Assembly (NCBI GenBank): GCA_963514005.1
Contig: OY740795.1
Location: forward strand, 868,001 to 932,000
Direction: 5' to 3'
Length of the DNA: 64,000 nucleotides
From: Raja brachyura
Lineage: Eukaryota
Shown here: one piece after another, positions 25,830-38,930 of the stretch
Layout: each line of letters starts with the position of its first letter
Position numbering within the stretch: position 1 is the stretch's first letter
Notes under the pieces: generated by a model
What the model was told of the DNA's origin: nothing
Databases searched by the model: none
The model's input: the letters and a program-made list of their open reading frames with translations, nothing else
Made by a program: the position numbers and the translations under genes

Positions 25830-26155
25830 TTATTATACACGGCAATTCTCCTTCCGTGCCCTGCCATCTGCTCTGGATGCGATGCGCCGGCACTGGCAGG
25901 ACCCCGATTTCAGTCTCACTCACCCAGACCAACAACGGACCACAACGATATTTCATCCAACGGGAGATCCGCGCCTTCAACAGACGATTTCTTGCCAACT
26001 CCTCTCTCACTATACTTGTGGAAGATTGCAACCTTCACGGGGTCCACCCTGTTTCAACGAATGCAATTAACCTGGCGTGCACATGCAGAAGATCAAACAG
26101 AACAATGTGTCTCACAACTTTAGGCTGTGCACGCCATACGCACGAAGAAGCAGAA
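25830..26155 (+). mobile_element. Unclassified LINE 3' end with (GAA)n tail
   Basis: Second copy at 44160-44298. Decayed ORF2 C-terminus-like peptide QRYFIQREIRAFN. Confidence 0.6.
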
Positions 26156-27231
26156 CACTAAACATGAAATAATAAAATAGTATGCATAGTACCATTCTCA
26201 AAGTTGATCCACATTCAATTTTCCTCGAAGCAAAAAACGCGCGGAAGTCCCCCATTGGCTACGCATTGGCTATAAAGAAAACCCTGAAAAAAACTGGGTT
26301 TTAACACTCTCTCATGCCTATATTTTCGTTACAAATAGGATCGTAACACATTGCAATTAATTAAACACATATTCTCCATTTCTTTGTTCGGGATGTGATT
26401 CAGGGTTCATGAATTCATTCTTTTTTACAGCAACGTAAGGCCATTCGGCCCATTAAATCTACGTCGCCATTCAATCACCTTCTCCTCTCATCCCACTTTC
26501 TCCTGCTTTTGCCCAGTACCCCTGACGCCCTTCCTAAATGTGGTTTAAACTGAGTGCCGTTAGCGCAGGAGTTGAAGCACTCGGCGCCTTCGAGGAAGCA
26601 AAGTACACCAGGCCTCTTTGGTGTAAGAATAAATCCAATTGTAACCGAGCTATTGGCCACCGTTCTTCCGCAGACCGATCTTCTTGCTGTCTTTCTATGA
26701 AATCGCTCGAATTGTAACAGGCGCTCAAATTCCGTGTTGTTCGGGCGACGCAGCTTGGGTGGCCGCCGGCGCAGTCCATTCTTTGGAACGCTAAGTTCCC
26801 CAGTATGAAGCGAACAACAGCGCGGGTTTCTCACATTCTCTTGGACAATACTTCACATTCATTACCCGTTCCAAATTAAAACATATCATCGGCCCGACAG
26901 CCCACCTCAATGTCGCCGAGCAACGGTGAGTGAAGCTGTCAACAATAGAACTGTTTCCATCCCCCACACCCTTGCCTCTTTCGTGGGCCGTCTTTGACTT
27001 GTATATCTGCAGGTGGGTCTATCAGATAGCACTCTGATAGTAATGACGTGCCCGGAAACTGACGTTCCCCAACTAGTTTGTGTACGACGTAAACGTAAAT
27101 ATCCGAGATCATTGCAGTTCATTGGTGGCATCTGGCGCAGAAACTCGCAGCTCAATCCGGCCGTTTGCGCCGCATCAGCTCTGTGGAGAAACACTGGCCG
27201 TCAAAGCAGTTCGGGGTCCTCTGTTCCAGGG

Positions 27232-27274
27232 ATGGAAATCCTGCTCATCTTCGCGATTTCTGTATTTCACCTCC
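27232..27274 (+). pseudogene. Orphan TCR V leader exon (no V exon visible downstream)
   Basis: MEILLIFAISVFHL plus C, then GTGGGT donor. Same length (43 nt), phase and MEILL start as the leader at 8075, and a shared upstream motif (15 of 19 nt). Confidence 0.65.
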
Positions 27275-27745
27275 GTGGGTATATTTACAATAATCACGGG
27301 TTAAATAGAAAACATGTTATCCTATTTGATTTGTTTCCTCCAACGTAGAACTGGAACAGAAGAGCAGACCACTCGATCCACAGTGTCTCTACCGAACAGG
27401 AATGCAAGCCAAACTAGACTCCTGAGCCTGGAAAGACCCATTTTAAACAAATCCTTGTATGTATCCATCTGAAAGTTTCACAAACGCCACTATTGGATAG
27501 CTCCGCCGCTGCCACTCCGGGCAACGTGTTCCAAACAGGCACCACCCGCTGTGCGAATAACTGTCCCAAAAATTCCCATCTCGCCTTAAAGCTATGTTCC
27601 TTAGTGTTTGGCACTTAGCTTTCTTCATTTGCCCCCGAACCTTCCGGAGGCCAGGAAGAAGTACCTTTAAACGTGATCAGGGGTGGGGCAGGCAATGTAG
27701 GCTAACTGCGCGGATTGTGTTGCAAGTGCCTATCCTCAGTGACGT

Positions 27746-30700
27746 CATAGAAACATAGAAACATAGAACATAGGTGCAGGAGGATGCCATTCGGATCTTC
27801 GAGACAGCACCGCCGTTCATTGTGATCATGGCTGCTCGTCCCCTGTCAATAACCCGTGCCTGTTTTCTCCCCATATCCTTTGAATCTATTAGCCCCTAGA
27901 GCTCCATCTAACTCTCTCTTAAATCCATCCAGTGACTTGGCCTCCACAGCCCTCTGTGGCAGGGAATTCCATAAATTCACAACTCTCTGGGTGAAAAGGT
28001 TTTTTCTCACCTCTGTCTTAAATGACCTCCCCTGTATTCTAAGACTTTGGTCCCTGGTTCTGGACTCGCCCAACACGGGGAACATTTTCCTGCATCTACC
28101 TTGTCCAGTTCTTTTATAATTTTATATGTTTCTATAAGATTCCCCATCATCCTTCTAAACTCCAGTGAATACAAGCCTAGTCTTTTCAATCTTTCCTCAT
28201 ATGAAAGTGCCGCCATCCCAGGGATCAATCTCGTGTAACTACGCTGCACTGTCTCAATCACAAGGATGTCCTTCTTATAATTAGCAGACCAAAACTGTAC
28301 ACAATAATCCAGATGTGGTCTCACAAGAGCCCTAAACAACTGCAGAATAACATCTTTATTCCTATACTGAAATCCTCTTGTTATGAAGGCCAACATTCCA
28401 TTAGCTTTCTTTACTGCCTGCTGTACCTGCACACCAACTTTCAGCGACCGGTGTACAAGGACGCCCAGGTTTCGCTGCGCCTCCCCTTACCTAACCTAAC
28501 CCCATTGAGATAATAATCTGCTCCCTTGTTTTTGCCGCCAAAGTGGACAACCTCACATTTATCTATATTATACTGCATCTGCCACGCATCTGCCCACTCA
28601 CTCAACCTGTCCAGGTCTCCCTGCCACCTCCTAACATCCTCTTCACAGTTCACACTGCCACCCAGCTTTGTGTCATCCGCAAACTTGCTAGTGTTGCTCC
28701 TAATTCCCTCTCCAAATTATTAATATATATGGTAAACAGTTGCGGCCCCAACACCAAGCATTGCGGCACTCCACTCGCCACTGCCTGCCATTCTGAAAAG
28801 GATCCATTCACCCCTACTCTTTGTTTCCGGTCTGCCAACCAATTTTCTATCCATGTCAACACCCTACCCTCAATACCATGTGCTCTAATGTTAGTCACCA
28901 TTCTACCGTGCGGGACCTTATCAAAGGCTTTCTGAAAGTCTGGATACACTACATCCACTGGCACCCCTTCATCCACTTTACTTGTCACATCCTCACAAAA
29001 TTCCAGTAGAATAGTCAAGCACGATTTCCCTTTCATAAGTCCATGTTGACATAGACTAATCATTTTACTGCTATCCCAATGCCCCATTATTACCTCTTTA
29101 ATAATTGACCCCGGCATCTTTCCATCTACCGAAGTCAGGCTAACTGGTCTTTAATTCCCCGTTTTCGCTCTCGCTGCTTTCTTGAAAAGTGGGATAACAT
29201 TAGCTATCCTCCAATCCACAGGAACTGATCCTGAATCTGTCGAACATTGGAAAAAGAACACCAATTCGTCCACTATTTCTAGAGCCACCTCCATAAGGAC
29301 TCTGGGATGCCGATCATATGGGCCAGGGGATTCATCATCCTTCAGTCCCACATTTGACTTTGCTATTCTATTTCCCCTAGCATATCTAAATATGCCTTTA
29401 CTGTCCTTCTTTATATTCCTGGCCAGCTTCCATTCGTACTTCATCTTTTCAGCCCGTATTGCCCGTTTTGTTTCCTTCTGTTGTCCTATGAAAGTTTCCC
29501 AATCCTCTGGCTTCTGGCTATGCTTTGCTGTGTTATACATCTTTTACTTTAGAAACATAGAAACATAGAAAATAGGTGCAGGAGTAGGCCATTCGGCCTT
29601 TCGAGCCTGCACCGCCATTCAATGTGATCATGGCTGATCATCCAACTCAGTATCCCGTACCTGCCTTCTCTCCATACCCCCTGATCCCTTTAGCCACAAG
29701 TGCCACATCTAACGCCCTCTTAAATATAGCCAATGAACTGGCCTCAACTACCTTCTGTGGCAGAGAATTCCAGAGACTCACCACTCTCTGTGTAAAGAAT
29801 GTTTTCCTCATTTCGGTCCTAAAGGAATTCCCCCTTATCCTTAGACTGTGACCCCTTGTTCTGGACTCCCCCAACATCGGGAACAATCTTCCAGCATCTA
29901 GCTTGTCCAACCCCTTAAGAATTTTGTAGGTTTCTATAAGATCCCCCCTCAATCTTCTAAATTCCATCGAGTACAAACCGAGTCTATCCAATCTTTCCTC
30001 ATATGAAAGTCCTGACATCCCAGGAATCAGTCTGGTCTAATTTTATTCTATCCCTAACTTCTCTTGTCAGCCACGGTTGCCTCCTACTCCCCTTAGAATC
30101 TCTCTTCCTTTTTGGAATAAAATGATCCTGCATCTTCCGGATTACGCCGAGAAATTCCTGCCCTTGTTGTTCCTTCATCATTCCTGGTAGGATCCTTTTG
30201 CAGTCTACCTTGGCCAGCTCCCCTTTCATGCCTCTATAGTCCACTTTGTTCAACTGCATCACTAACACTTCCCGATTTAACGTTCTCCTTCTAAAATTGC
30301 AGATTAAAACTAATCATATTATGACCACTACCTCCAAGCGGTTCCTTTACTTCGAGTTCTCTTATCATATCTGGTTCATTGACCAACACTAAATCCAGAA
30401 TTGCCTTTTCTCTGGCTGTCTCCATTACAAGCTGCTCCAAGAATCCATCTCGGAGGCATTCTACAAACTTTCTTTCTTGGGGTACTGAACCAATCTGATT
30501 TTCCTAGTCTACCTGCATATTGAAATCCTACATCACCACAGTGGCATTACCTTTGTTACATGCCAGTTTTAACTCCTGCTGCAACTTACACCCTACATCC
30601 GCGCTACTATTTGGGGGTCTGGAGATAACACCAATTAGTGTCTTCTTGCGTTTGCAATTCCTCAACTCAATCCACAGTGACCCTACCTCGTCAGTCCCTA

Positions 30701-31030
30701 TGGCATCCCTCGCAAGGGATTGAATTCCATCCCTCACCAGCAGAGTTACCCTCCTTCTCTGCCCACCTGGCGGTCTTTTCTATAGGATGTATAACCCTGA
30801 ATATTACGTTCCCAGGCCGATCCTCCTGCAGCCATGTCTCAGTAATCCCCACAATGTCGTATCTACCAACCTCTAACTGAGCCTCAAGCTCATCTACTTT
30901 ATTTCTTATACTTCGCGCATTCATATACAATACTTATAATTCCTTACGCATCTTAACGTTCACATCGATCCCTATTACACTTGGCCATACTCTCCTATCC
31001 CTTTGTGAGCTTGTTTTCCCGTTAATTCTG
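27746..31030 (-). mobile_element. CR1 LINE, older, EN plus RT, with a nested young CR1
   Basis: Fragmented ORFs including NARSIRNK..ITETWL (APE) and DFQKAFDKV; (TTTCTATG)n tail at 27746-27770. Confidence 0.92.
29551..30036 (-). mobile_element. Young CR1 3' fragment nested in an older CR1
   Basis: ORF 29647-30018 is identical in protein to the C-terminus of ORF 3389-4672. Confidence 0.92.
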
Positions 31031-31309
31031 GGGTCATTAACCACCCCTTTACTTAGGATAATGTGTTCACTGGTAGTCACCGTGCTGGAGGAGAGAATGT
31101 GCTCTCGTGGAAGGAGTACAGAGAGAGTTGCTGCCACGACTTGAAGGCCTGGGCTACAGGTAGCGGTTCAGCAGGCACGGAATGTATTCTTTGGAGTGCA
31201 GGAGGATGAGAGGTGGTTTTATAAGTGTAAGGTCAGGAGGGAAATAGATGTGATCGATCAATTTACCCAGATAGTCTTTTACCCAGGGTAGAGAATTACT
31301 ATCTAAATG

Positions 31310-32054
31310 GCGTCGTTGGGAAATGAGGAAGTACAACCGGAGCTGGGGGTTCTTGTTCATCAGTTTATGAACGTAAGCATGCAGATACAGCAGGCAGTGA
31401 AGAAAGCGAATGGCATGGTGGCCATCATAACCAGGAGTCGAATATAGGGCCAACGCGGTCCTTATGTAGTTGTACAGATCCCTATTAAGCCCACACCTGG
31501 AGTATTGTGTGCAGTTTTGGTTCCCTAATTTGAGGAAGTGCATTCATGCTAATGAGGGAGTGCAGCGTAGGTTTACAATGTTGAATCCCGGGATGGCGGG
31601 ACTATCATATGCTGAGAAAATGGAGCGACTGGGCTTGTACACTCAGGAGTTTAGAAGGATGAGAGAGGATCTCATTGAAATATATAAGATTGTTAAGGGT
31701 TTGGACACGCTAGAGGCAGGAAACATGTTCCCGACGTTGGGGGAGTCCAGAACCAGGGGCCACATATTAAGAATAATGAATAAGCCATTTAGAACGGTGA
31801 CGATGAAACACTTTTTCTCACAGAGAGTGGCGAGTCTGTGGAATTCTCTGCCTCAGTAGACGATGGAGGCAGGTTCTCTACATGCTTTCAAGACAGAGCT
31901 AGATAGGGTTCTTAAAAATAGCGGAGTCGGAGGATTTGGGGAGAAGGCAGGAACGGGGTATTGATTGGGATTATCAGCTATGATCACATTAAATGGCGGT
32001 GCTGGCTCGAAAGGCCGAATAGCCTACTCCTACACCAATTGTCTATTGTCTATT
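31310..32054 (+). mobile_element. CR1 3' fragment, (TATTGTC)n-tail family
   Basis: ORF 31470-31859 PHLEYCVQFW; tail GTCTATTGTCTATTG. Confidence 0.88.
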
Positions 32055-32339
32055 GAACAGAGATTCTTCATCGTACCCTACAAGAGGCAGGTATAGCTGG
32101 GATCCATGCGTGTGTCCATAGCCACGCCTTGGACCTGGAGAAAGTGGACTTTTATACATCGGCATGAGTGCACGATCATTTTTCTGAATATCTTAGCTCA
32201 GTCCGCCTGGACCTATCTAATCTTCCGGTTTCCAAACAGTTTAATTCCCCGTCCCATTCCCACGCTTACTTTTCTGTCCCTGGCCTCCTCTATTTGTCAG
32301 AGAGAGGTTAAAAGCAAATAAGAGGAACAGTAACCCGTA

Positions 32340-32925
32340 TTGCAGATGGAACATAGTGAAGAAAAGTATGGAGTCATGCATTTTGGTAGTAGGAATAAAG
32401 GCATAGGCTATTTTCTAAATGGTGTGAGAACCCAGAAATCCGAGGAGCAAAGAGACTTGGGATTGCTGGTGCAAGATTTTCAAAAAGTTAATCTGCAAGT
32501 CGAATCAGTGGTAAAGAAAGCAAACTCAGTGGTAGCACTTATTTCAAGAGGCCATGTGTACAAACACCTACTAGATATATAGGTGATATCTAGTATATAG
32601 TGCAGATGTTTCCACCAATGGTTGCGTATAGAACTAGAGTTCATAGCCTCAGAACTAAAGGACATTCGTTGAGGAAGGAGAAATGTATTTAGTAAGAAGG
32701 TGACGAATCTGTTGAATTATTTGCCACAGAAGGCTGGGGAGGCCAAGTCAGTGGATATTTTTTCTGGCAGATAAAAATAGATTCTTTATTAGGACATGTG
32801 TCAGAGGTTATAGGGAGATATCAGGAGAATGAGGTTAAGAGGGGGAAATAGATCAGCCATGATTAAATGTGTAGACTTCATCGACCGAATGATCTAATTG
32901 TGGTATTCCGTATGCCCTTATGACT
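32340..32925 (+). mobile_element. Degenerate CR1 fragment
   Basis: VMHFGSRNK..RDLG..VKKAN and a decayed 3' UTR. Confidence 0.7.
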
Positions 32926-33020
32926 TATGACATTATTTCGCTTGGGTAACTTCTAACGCTGTGGTATGAGTATTGTTTTTTTCTATCTTCAACAACTTTC
33001 TCACTGCATTCCACCTTTCT

Positions 33021-33289
33021 GGCCGCCACTTCAGCGCCTTGGGCCGGCCGCTCACCTGTGGCAGTGCTCTCCGTATGAACATCTCTCGCCTGCCGCTCGC
33101 TCGTGTCAGCCGCTTCCAGCAAATACTTAAATTCCCACAGTGGAGTAATCTCAATCGCGCTGTTGGAATTTAAGGATTTGCGGGAAGCAGCTGACATGAG
33201 TGAGGCCAGCGAGCGGCAGGAGAGAGGTTCTTAGACGGAGAGCTGCCAGAGGTGAGCGGGTACCGGCAGAAGGCGCTGAGGTGGCGGCC
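33021..33289. repeat. Long imperfect inverted repeat (hairpin)
   Basis: Arms 33021-33140 and 33160-33289 are reverse complements with scattered mismatches and indels; 19-nt loop. Confidence 0.85.
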
Positions 33290-33772
33290 GGTTCCGCGGT
33301 GATGCCGCTTGCAGCCAGCCGAGCTGCTTCACCCCCGTGCAAGGAGCGTCGCAAGTGGCATTACCCCGATCCCGTCCTTCACAACATTCGTGCCCTCCCC
33401 GCAACTTTACTCCGGGCCAGACTCCCCAAACGCTGTGAAAGGAGCTTTCCCCCCTCCCCCACATCCCGGGAAATACGGTATTTCAATACATAACCAAGAA
33501 ATGTACTTACCACATCATTGGTACACGAGCTCCATTCTTCTATCTCTGTTTCCGGAGATACACCTAAAATAATGCCAATCCATATTTGAAAACCCCGCCA
33601 ATAAACTACCGCTGCGCTTGCGCAATAGGCGGCAGCGCATGCGCAGTGCTGCAAAGGCAGAAGTTCAGCTGCCTTCAGCCCCGCTTGAAACTGACGGCTT
33701 CCAGCAGCGCTGACGGCACGCGGGGTGCACAGACCTTCAAGGTTATAAGTGCTGCGGATGAAAGGCACGGTC

Positions 33773-33816
33773 AATTATGCCTACCTAAGAGATCGATCTC
33801 TTGGATAGGCATAATT
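33773..33816. repeat. 44-bp near-perfect palindrome
   Basis: AATTATGCCTACCTAAGAGATC|GATCTCTTGGATAGGCATAATT, 20 of 22 positions pair. Confidence 0.85.
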
Positions 33817-34540
33817 CTCCCATGCCTTTACTATTTATATTAGTTGTTATCATGTTATAATTTTAGTCAGGGTCGGCAGTGCCCACCCTGACGGCACGAG
33901 CCTGGTACCAATGGTATTTTATTATCGTTACTTTTTAGCATGTATTTAATTCATTTCTTCTATTTCGTTTTCTCTCTCGCTCTGCATCACGGTCTATATC
34001 TCTCGTTTCCCTCTCCCGTGACCCTAGTCTGAAGAATGGTCTCGACCCGAAATGTCATTTATGTGAAGAGGGCTAAAATAGAAAGACAAAGATGTAATGC
34101 TGAGGCTCATTCAGGCTCCGGTCAGTCCACATTTGGAGTGTTGAGAGCAAATTTGGGAACCATGTCCGTGAAAGGATGTGCTGGGCCTGGAGAGGGTCCA
34201 GAGTATGTTAACAAGAATGTACTCAGAAATGAGTGGGTTAATATCTGATCAGCGTTTGGCGGCACTGAACCTGTACTCGCAGGAGTTTAGAACAATGAGG
34301 GAGGACCTCATTGAAGCATACCGAATAGTGAAAGGCTTGGATAGAATGGATGTGGAGATGATATCTCTACTTGTGGGAGAGTCTAGATGTAGAGGTCATA
34401 GCCTCAGAATTAAAGGACTTCGTTAAGGAAGGAGATGAGGACAAATGTATTTAGTCAGAGGGCGATGAGTCTTTGCCACAGAACGCTGTGCAGGCAAGAC
34501 ACATGGTTAATTTAAAGCTTATAATTTAAAGCTTATAAAG

Positions 34541-34543
<3 letters not shown>

Positions 34544-34575
<32 letters not shown>

Positions 34576-34646
34576 GCCTTTAAATAACTATATTGATATT
34601 GACCAAAACTAATTGGGAATATCTGTTGTTTATATATATAAACAAC

Positions 34647-34711
<65 letters not shown>

Positions 34712-34762
34712 TTTAAATAACTATATTGGTCTTGACCAAAACTAATTGGGAATATCTGTTGT
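34544..34762. repeat. (TA)n microsatellites with a locally duplicated segment
   Basis: Two (TA)n runs, each followed by GCCTTTAAATAACTATATTG...ATCTGTTGT; abuts the gap. Confidence 0.85.
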
Positions 34763-34934
34763 NNNNNNNNNNNNNNNNNNNNNNNNNNNNNNNNNNNNNN
34801 NNNNNNNNNNNNNNNNNNNNNNNNNNNNNNNNNNNNNNNNNNNNNNNNNNNNNNNNNNNNNNNNNNNNNNNNNNNNNNNNNNNNNNNNNNNNNNNNNNNN
34901 NNNNNNNNNNNNNNNNNNNNNNNNNNNNNNNNNN
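34763..34934. other. Assembly gap
   Basis: Run of N. Confidence 1.
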
Positions 34935-34977
34935 TATTCTAAATTAGTACGGGTGGCGGGGAATTCCAACAATTTAA

Positions 34978-36579
34978 TCTTATACTTGTTAAAAATTTGA
35001 TCTTGTACGACTGTAGATGTGCGTGCATGTGTGGTTGGATTCACATCTTCGCAAAAACACTACGTATTCCGATTGACATTTTCCCCGTCGAGGCCGGGAT
35101 CGCCGTATCCGAACATTTTCTGCTTTATTTCTCGACCTATTCTCGACTCATTACTGATTAAAAGTCTAAAAAAATCAAAAACCAGCTTCAACTGATGACG
35201 TCTCAATGGCTCAGCTTGCAGAGATCTGCCTCAAGATTTCATCCTATATTTGACACGTTATTCGCGATTAAAGATTTTAAAATGCTAAATTCCACTAGAT
35301 TTTTAGATATTCTAATTCACATGTTCCCCTTCTAGGCAGAAACCAATTTCACTGAACATGTTATGCTTTATTTCTCGACTTATTACTGATTGAAGTAAAA
35401 AATAAAAAAAAAATACCTTGAATTTCAAACGGACCAGTTTCAACTGATGACGCTACAATGGCAGCTTCAACTGATGGCGTCACAATTGATAGCCTAGCAG
35501 GAGGAGGGGAATTGCTATTGCAACTCGCAGGGCAAGTGAAATTGGATTTTCAATTTTCAAGAGAAAGTCTCTTCTCCTGTCACTGGACGGGAAGGTCCGC
35601 CCCTTCCTGCGCTATAAGGTCTTTACTGTCGCTGTGGTTGGCCGTCATCAAAAGACAATTTTCGGAGGGACCGGGTGTTGTCGCCAAACGAAAGGCGGAG
35701 AAGCTGATCTCGACGGAAGACAGCGTCCAGAGCCCGCTATCAGTCCCAAACACACCGCCATCACAACGCCCACAGCTCCAGCAACCTTCTCCTCAGGTAC
35801 CCCTCGCTGCACCTGTCCCCTTCCCCGTGATACCCCTCTATTCCCCATGGCTATTTTCCATGATTTTCTAGAACCTCTCCCACACACCCCTGCAGCACAC
35901 ACCTCGGCGCGCCGTAGCTGCTGGTGCTTCAGAACCGCGCCAAGGAACAGCGCCGCCGGGTCATGCTCCCCCAGGGCACGTAAGAATGGAGGGAGAGTGG
36001 AAGGGGATAGGGGATAGAGAGTGAGGAGGGAAGTGGGGAGGGAGGAGGACTTAAGGAGGGAGGGAGGGAGTGACTGAGGGTATGGGAAAGGAAAGGTGAG
36101 GGAGCTAGTTAGGCAGGGTAGGAGAAGAGGGAAAAGAAGATGGAGGAGGTGAAGGGGATAAAGGGAGCGGAGGACACAGTATAGGAGGAGAGAGTGGGGG
36201 ACGTAAGGAGTAGGGATTAGAGGAAGATGGGGCCGCGGGGGAGGCAAGGATGGAGAGTGGCTGGGTAGCGGGAGGTGAGGAATGGGGAGGTGGGGGATAG
36301 AGGGATAGGAGTGTGTTAGGGAGGGAAGATGAGTTATGTAGGTAGGGAGGGGGTGACCGAGGGTAGGGGAAAGGAGAGGGAGAGAGAGGTGAGGGAGGGA
36401 TTTGGGAGGGGTGGCGGAGAGGGGGAAGAAGAGGGAGGGTGAAGAGGAGGGGGAGAGTGCAAGGGATGAGGGGAAATTAGCTGCGCCTGTGCAGTTGGGG
36501 GCGGTTGCCTCAGTCGAATATTGCGTTGGGGGACCAAGCCTCTGTGTGGCAGGGACCCAACGGGTCCCACTTACTCTAG
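34978..36579 (+). mobile_element. Non-autonomous Helitron
   Basis: 3' end is the hairpin GGGACCC-AAC-GGGTCCC (36552-36568), 7 nt, CTAG, then T. Probable 5' end A|TCTTATAC at 34978. No TIR or TSD. Confidence 0.72.
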
Positions 36580-36973
36580 TATATATTAAATGGTGCATTG
36601 TGTGTCCTGATGTATAAAACGGATATGCAGAGCACGTCCACACATATTTAAGGGTACCACAAATGGTAGACAGGGTGATTAATAAGGTATACGAAATGTA
36701 TTGTATATTAGCACAGACACAGTGTACAAGAATAAAAGAGCTACCAATAACTACATTCAACACACGTTGGAAGACAGCTCACATGAAACCTTCCTTGGCC
36801 AATCTACCGTTCTCCCTCTCACCGATAAGCACCAGAGTGTGACTGGAACTATTAGGTATTTCTGGCCATTGTCTTAAAGGAAAGGCATGACAGCACTGAA
36901 TAAGACACGCAAAAGAATAGCGAGAAAATGTGTGAAGACGGCAACCAAGTTCGTCCAGTCTGACAGATCATTT

Positions 36974-37896
36974 TTACAAACCTGCCCTCGACGTCAAACA
37001 TTTGCGGGCAACACTCAACGGGTATTGAACCGCAAACGTCAACTTCTCCCTGAATTTGGACTGCGTACCCACATAAATGCACGTGTTGATGCAGGAACTA
37101 AGAATCTCCAACATATACCCGCTTTCCTGGAGGATAAACTGAGGCTGATTCGAATTGGAACCGCTGACGTAATTGTTGCTTGAAATTTGTACAAATAGGA
37201 AATTGACAATATACGTCAAACGCAACAGGATAAAACTGCCCGAGATGGCCATGAGTAAGATAATGGACTTTCTTCTGCTCTCCATCTCCGAGTCGCTCTG
37301 TTTGTCGCTGTTGCTCTGGGCTCGGAGTCTGCTGCGCGCTTTACTGGCCACAAGAATGTATCTAACGGTGAGGAAATTGAGCAGCAAAATTAGGACGAAG
37401 GGGAGACATGGGTTTAACATAAGATGTACCCACTCATAAAATCTCCACGCAGCTAGAGTATAAAATATTTCCTTCAAGTTGCAATACCAAGCGACGTCAT
37501 TGATGATATACATGGGCTCGTATGCAAAGTAAAGAGGAATGTTCTTCAAACAGTCGAGCATCCAGACGATTGCTATAACGACTGCCGCTGTTTTCTCGGT
37601 GCAATACCTCAATTTCAGTTTCTGGCAACAAATAGCAATGAACCGATCAAAGGTGAACGCGACCGTTAACCAGGCTGAAGCGTCTTTGGCAATCCAACTG
37701 AGGACAATAATTAGACTGCAGGCCGGGGTGGTGGAGAGAATGCTGTCCGAGAAATAAATGGCCCGAAGACGGCTGAGTACCACAGCAGTAACAATGACCA
37801 GGAAATCCGCCACCGCCATGAACAACAGATAGCGAGTGATACATTTCGAGAGGCCGCACATTCCATGCGACAGAATCACGACTGTCGCCAAGTTCG
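36974..37896 (-). CDS. GPR139/142-like GPCR gene 2, exon 2 (330 aa total)
   Basis: Acceptor ctattgcAG, then (A)NLATVVIL. Intact 7TM with MAVAD, FTFDRF, NTCIY, KFR. Confidence 0.92.
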
Positions 37897-38930
37897 CTGC
37901 AATAGAGAAGGCAGACGTCGGGTAAATAGTAATCAGCCGATAACTGTGCCAACTAACCCTACAACCTACCTGTATTTTATACCTGTACATTATCTGGCAC
38001 TTGAAAACTATCATATCAATACCTGTTTCGCATTCGCAGTCTGAAGAAGGTTCTCGATCCGAAACTTCACCGATTCATTTTCTTCAGAGCCGCTATCTGA
38101 CCGGCTGAGTTACACAGGCATTTTGTGTCTATCTTCGCCTTTGTACTAAATCGCTTTCCACGTATATAATGTGCATGTAGTTTCTCAGAACCAATAAATG
38201 AATTCGCTCATCAAACTGGCAATCAACACTGGCAAGCATGCCAATTTACAATGTGATGCCCCGGAATTAAGTAGGCTAGGGGACCAGTGCGAACCTAAAA
38301 GAGTTTAGACCGCAGAACAGCTACCATGACTGAACAAGCTGCGTGGAAAAGTATTCAGCAAATAATAGATTAACGTGTTCTTGCCATCCGAAGCATCACC
38401 AAGGATATCAGACGCTTCACCGCAATGATTCGTTAATGGGGTACAAAAGGCTGGTTAACATGCCCTTGCAAACAGCAATAAACATTCTCCAAAAAACAGA
38501 GTATTTGCGAAGAGAGAGTCAATGATTATGGGAAAAGGGGAAAAATTCACATCCAAGGACAATCGTCGCACGCGATCAATTGTCGCAATAAGCAGACGTC
38601 AGCTGAATGACTCAATAGGAAAGCAGCAGAAAACATGCATAATTCGGGTAAATACTGGGGAAATGTAACTATTCAAAGTATTGGCTTCATCTGTGGGAAG
38701 GTGCAGCTGGTTTATTCCGAAAATAGACACATAATACAGGAGGAACTCAGCGGGAGCAGGGAACATCTCTGCATGAAAGGAATAGGCGACATTTCGGGTC
38801 AGAGCACTTCTTCAAACTGTTTTTATTTTACACGGCAATGTGTCTGAACAAGGGTTCCCTCCTGTAACATGGAGAACGTGCAAACTCCATACAGACATCA
38901 CGCATAGTCAGGATCGATCCCGGGTGTTTG

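Noticed and set aside
34619-34652. Perfect 34-bp palindrome plus local duplication
   Set aside because: Embedded in (TA)n next to a gap; likely an assembly artefact or slippage.
35648-36763. 371-aa ORF rich in Pro/Ser/Leu
   Set aside because: Translation of the low-complexity pyrimidine strand of the Helitron tract.
37897-38014. N-terminal extension of the GPCR gene 2 ORF
   Set aside because: Open intron sequence. A strong acceptor and the paralogous exon 1 at 40148-40217 define the real structure.
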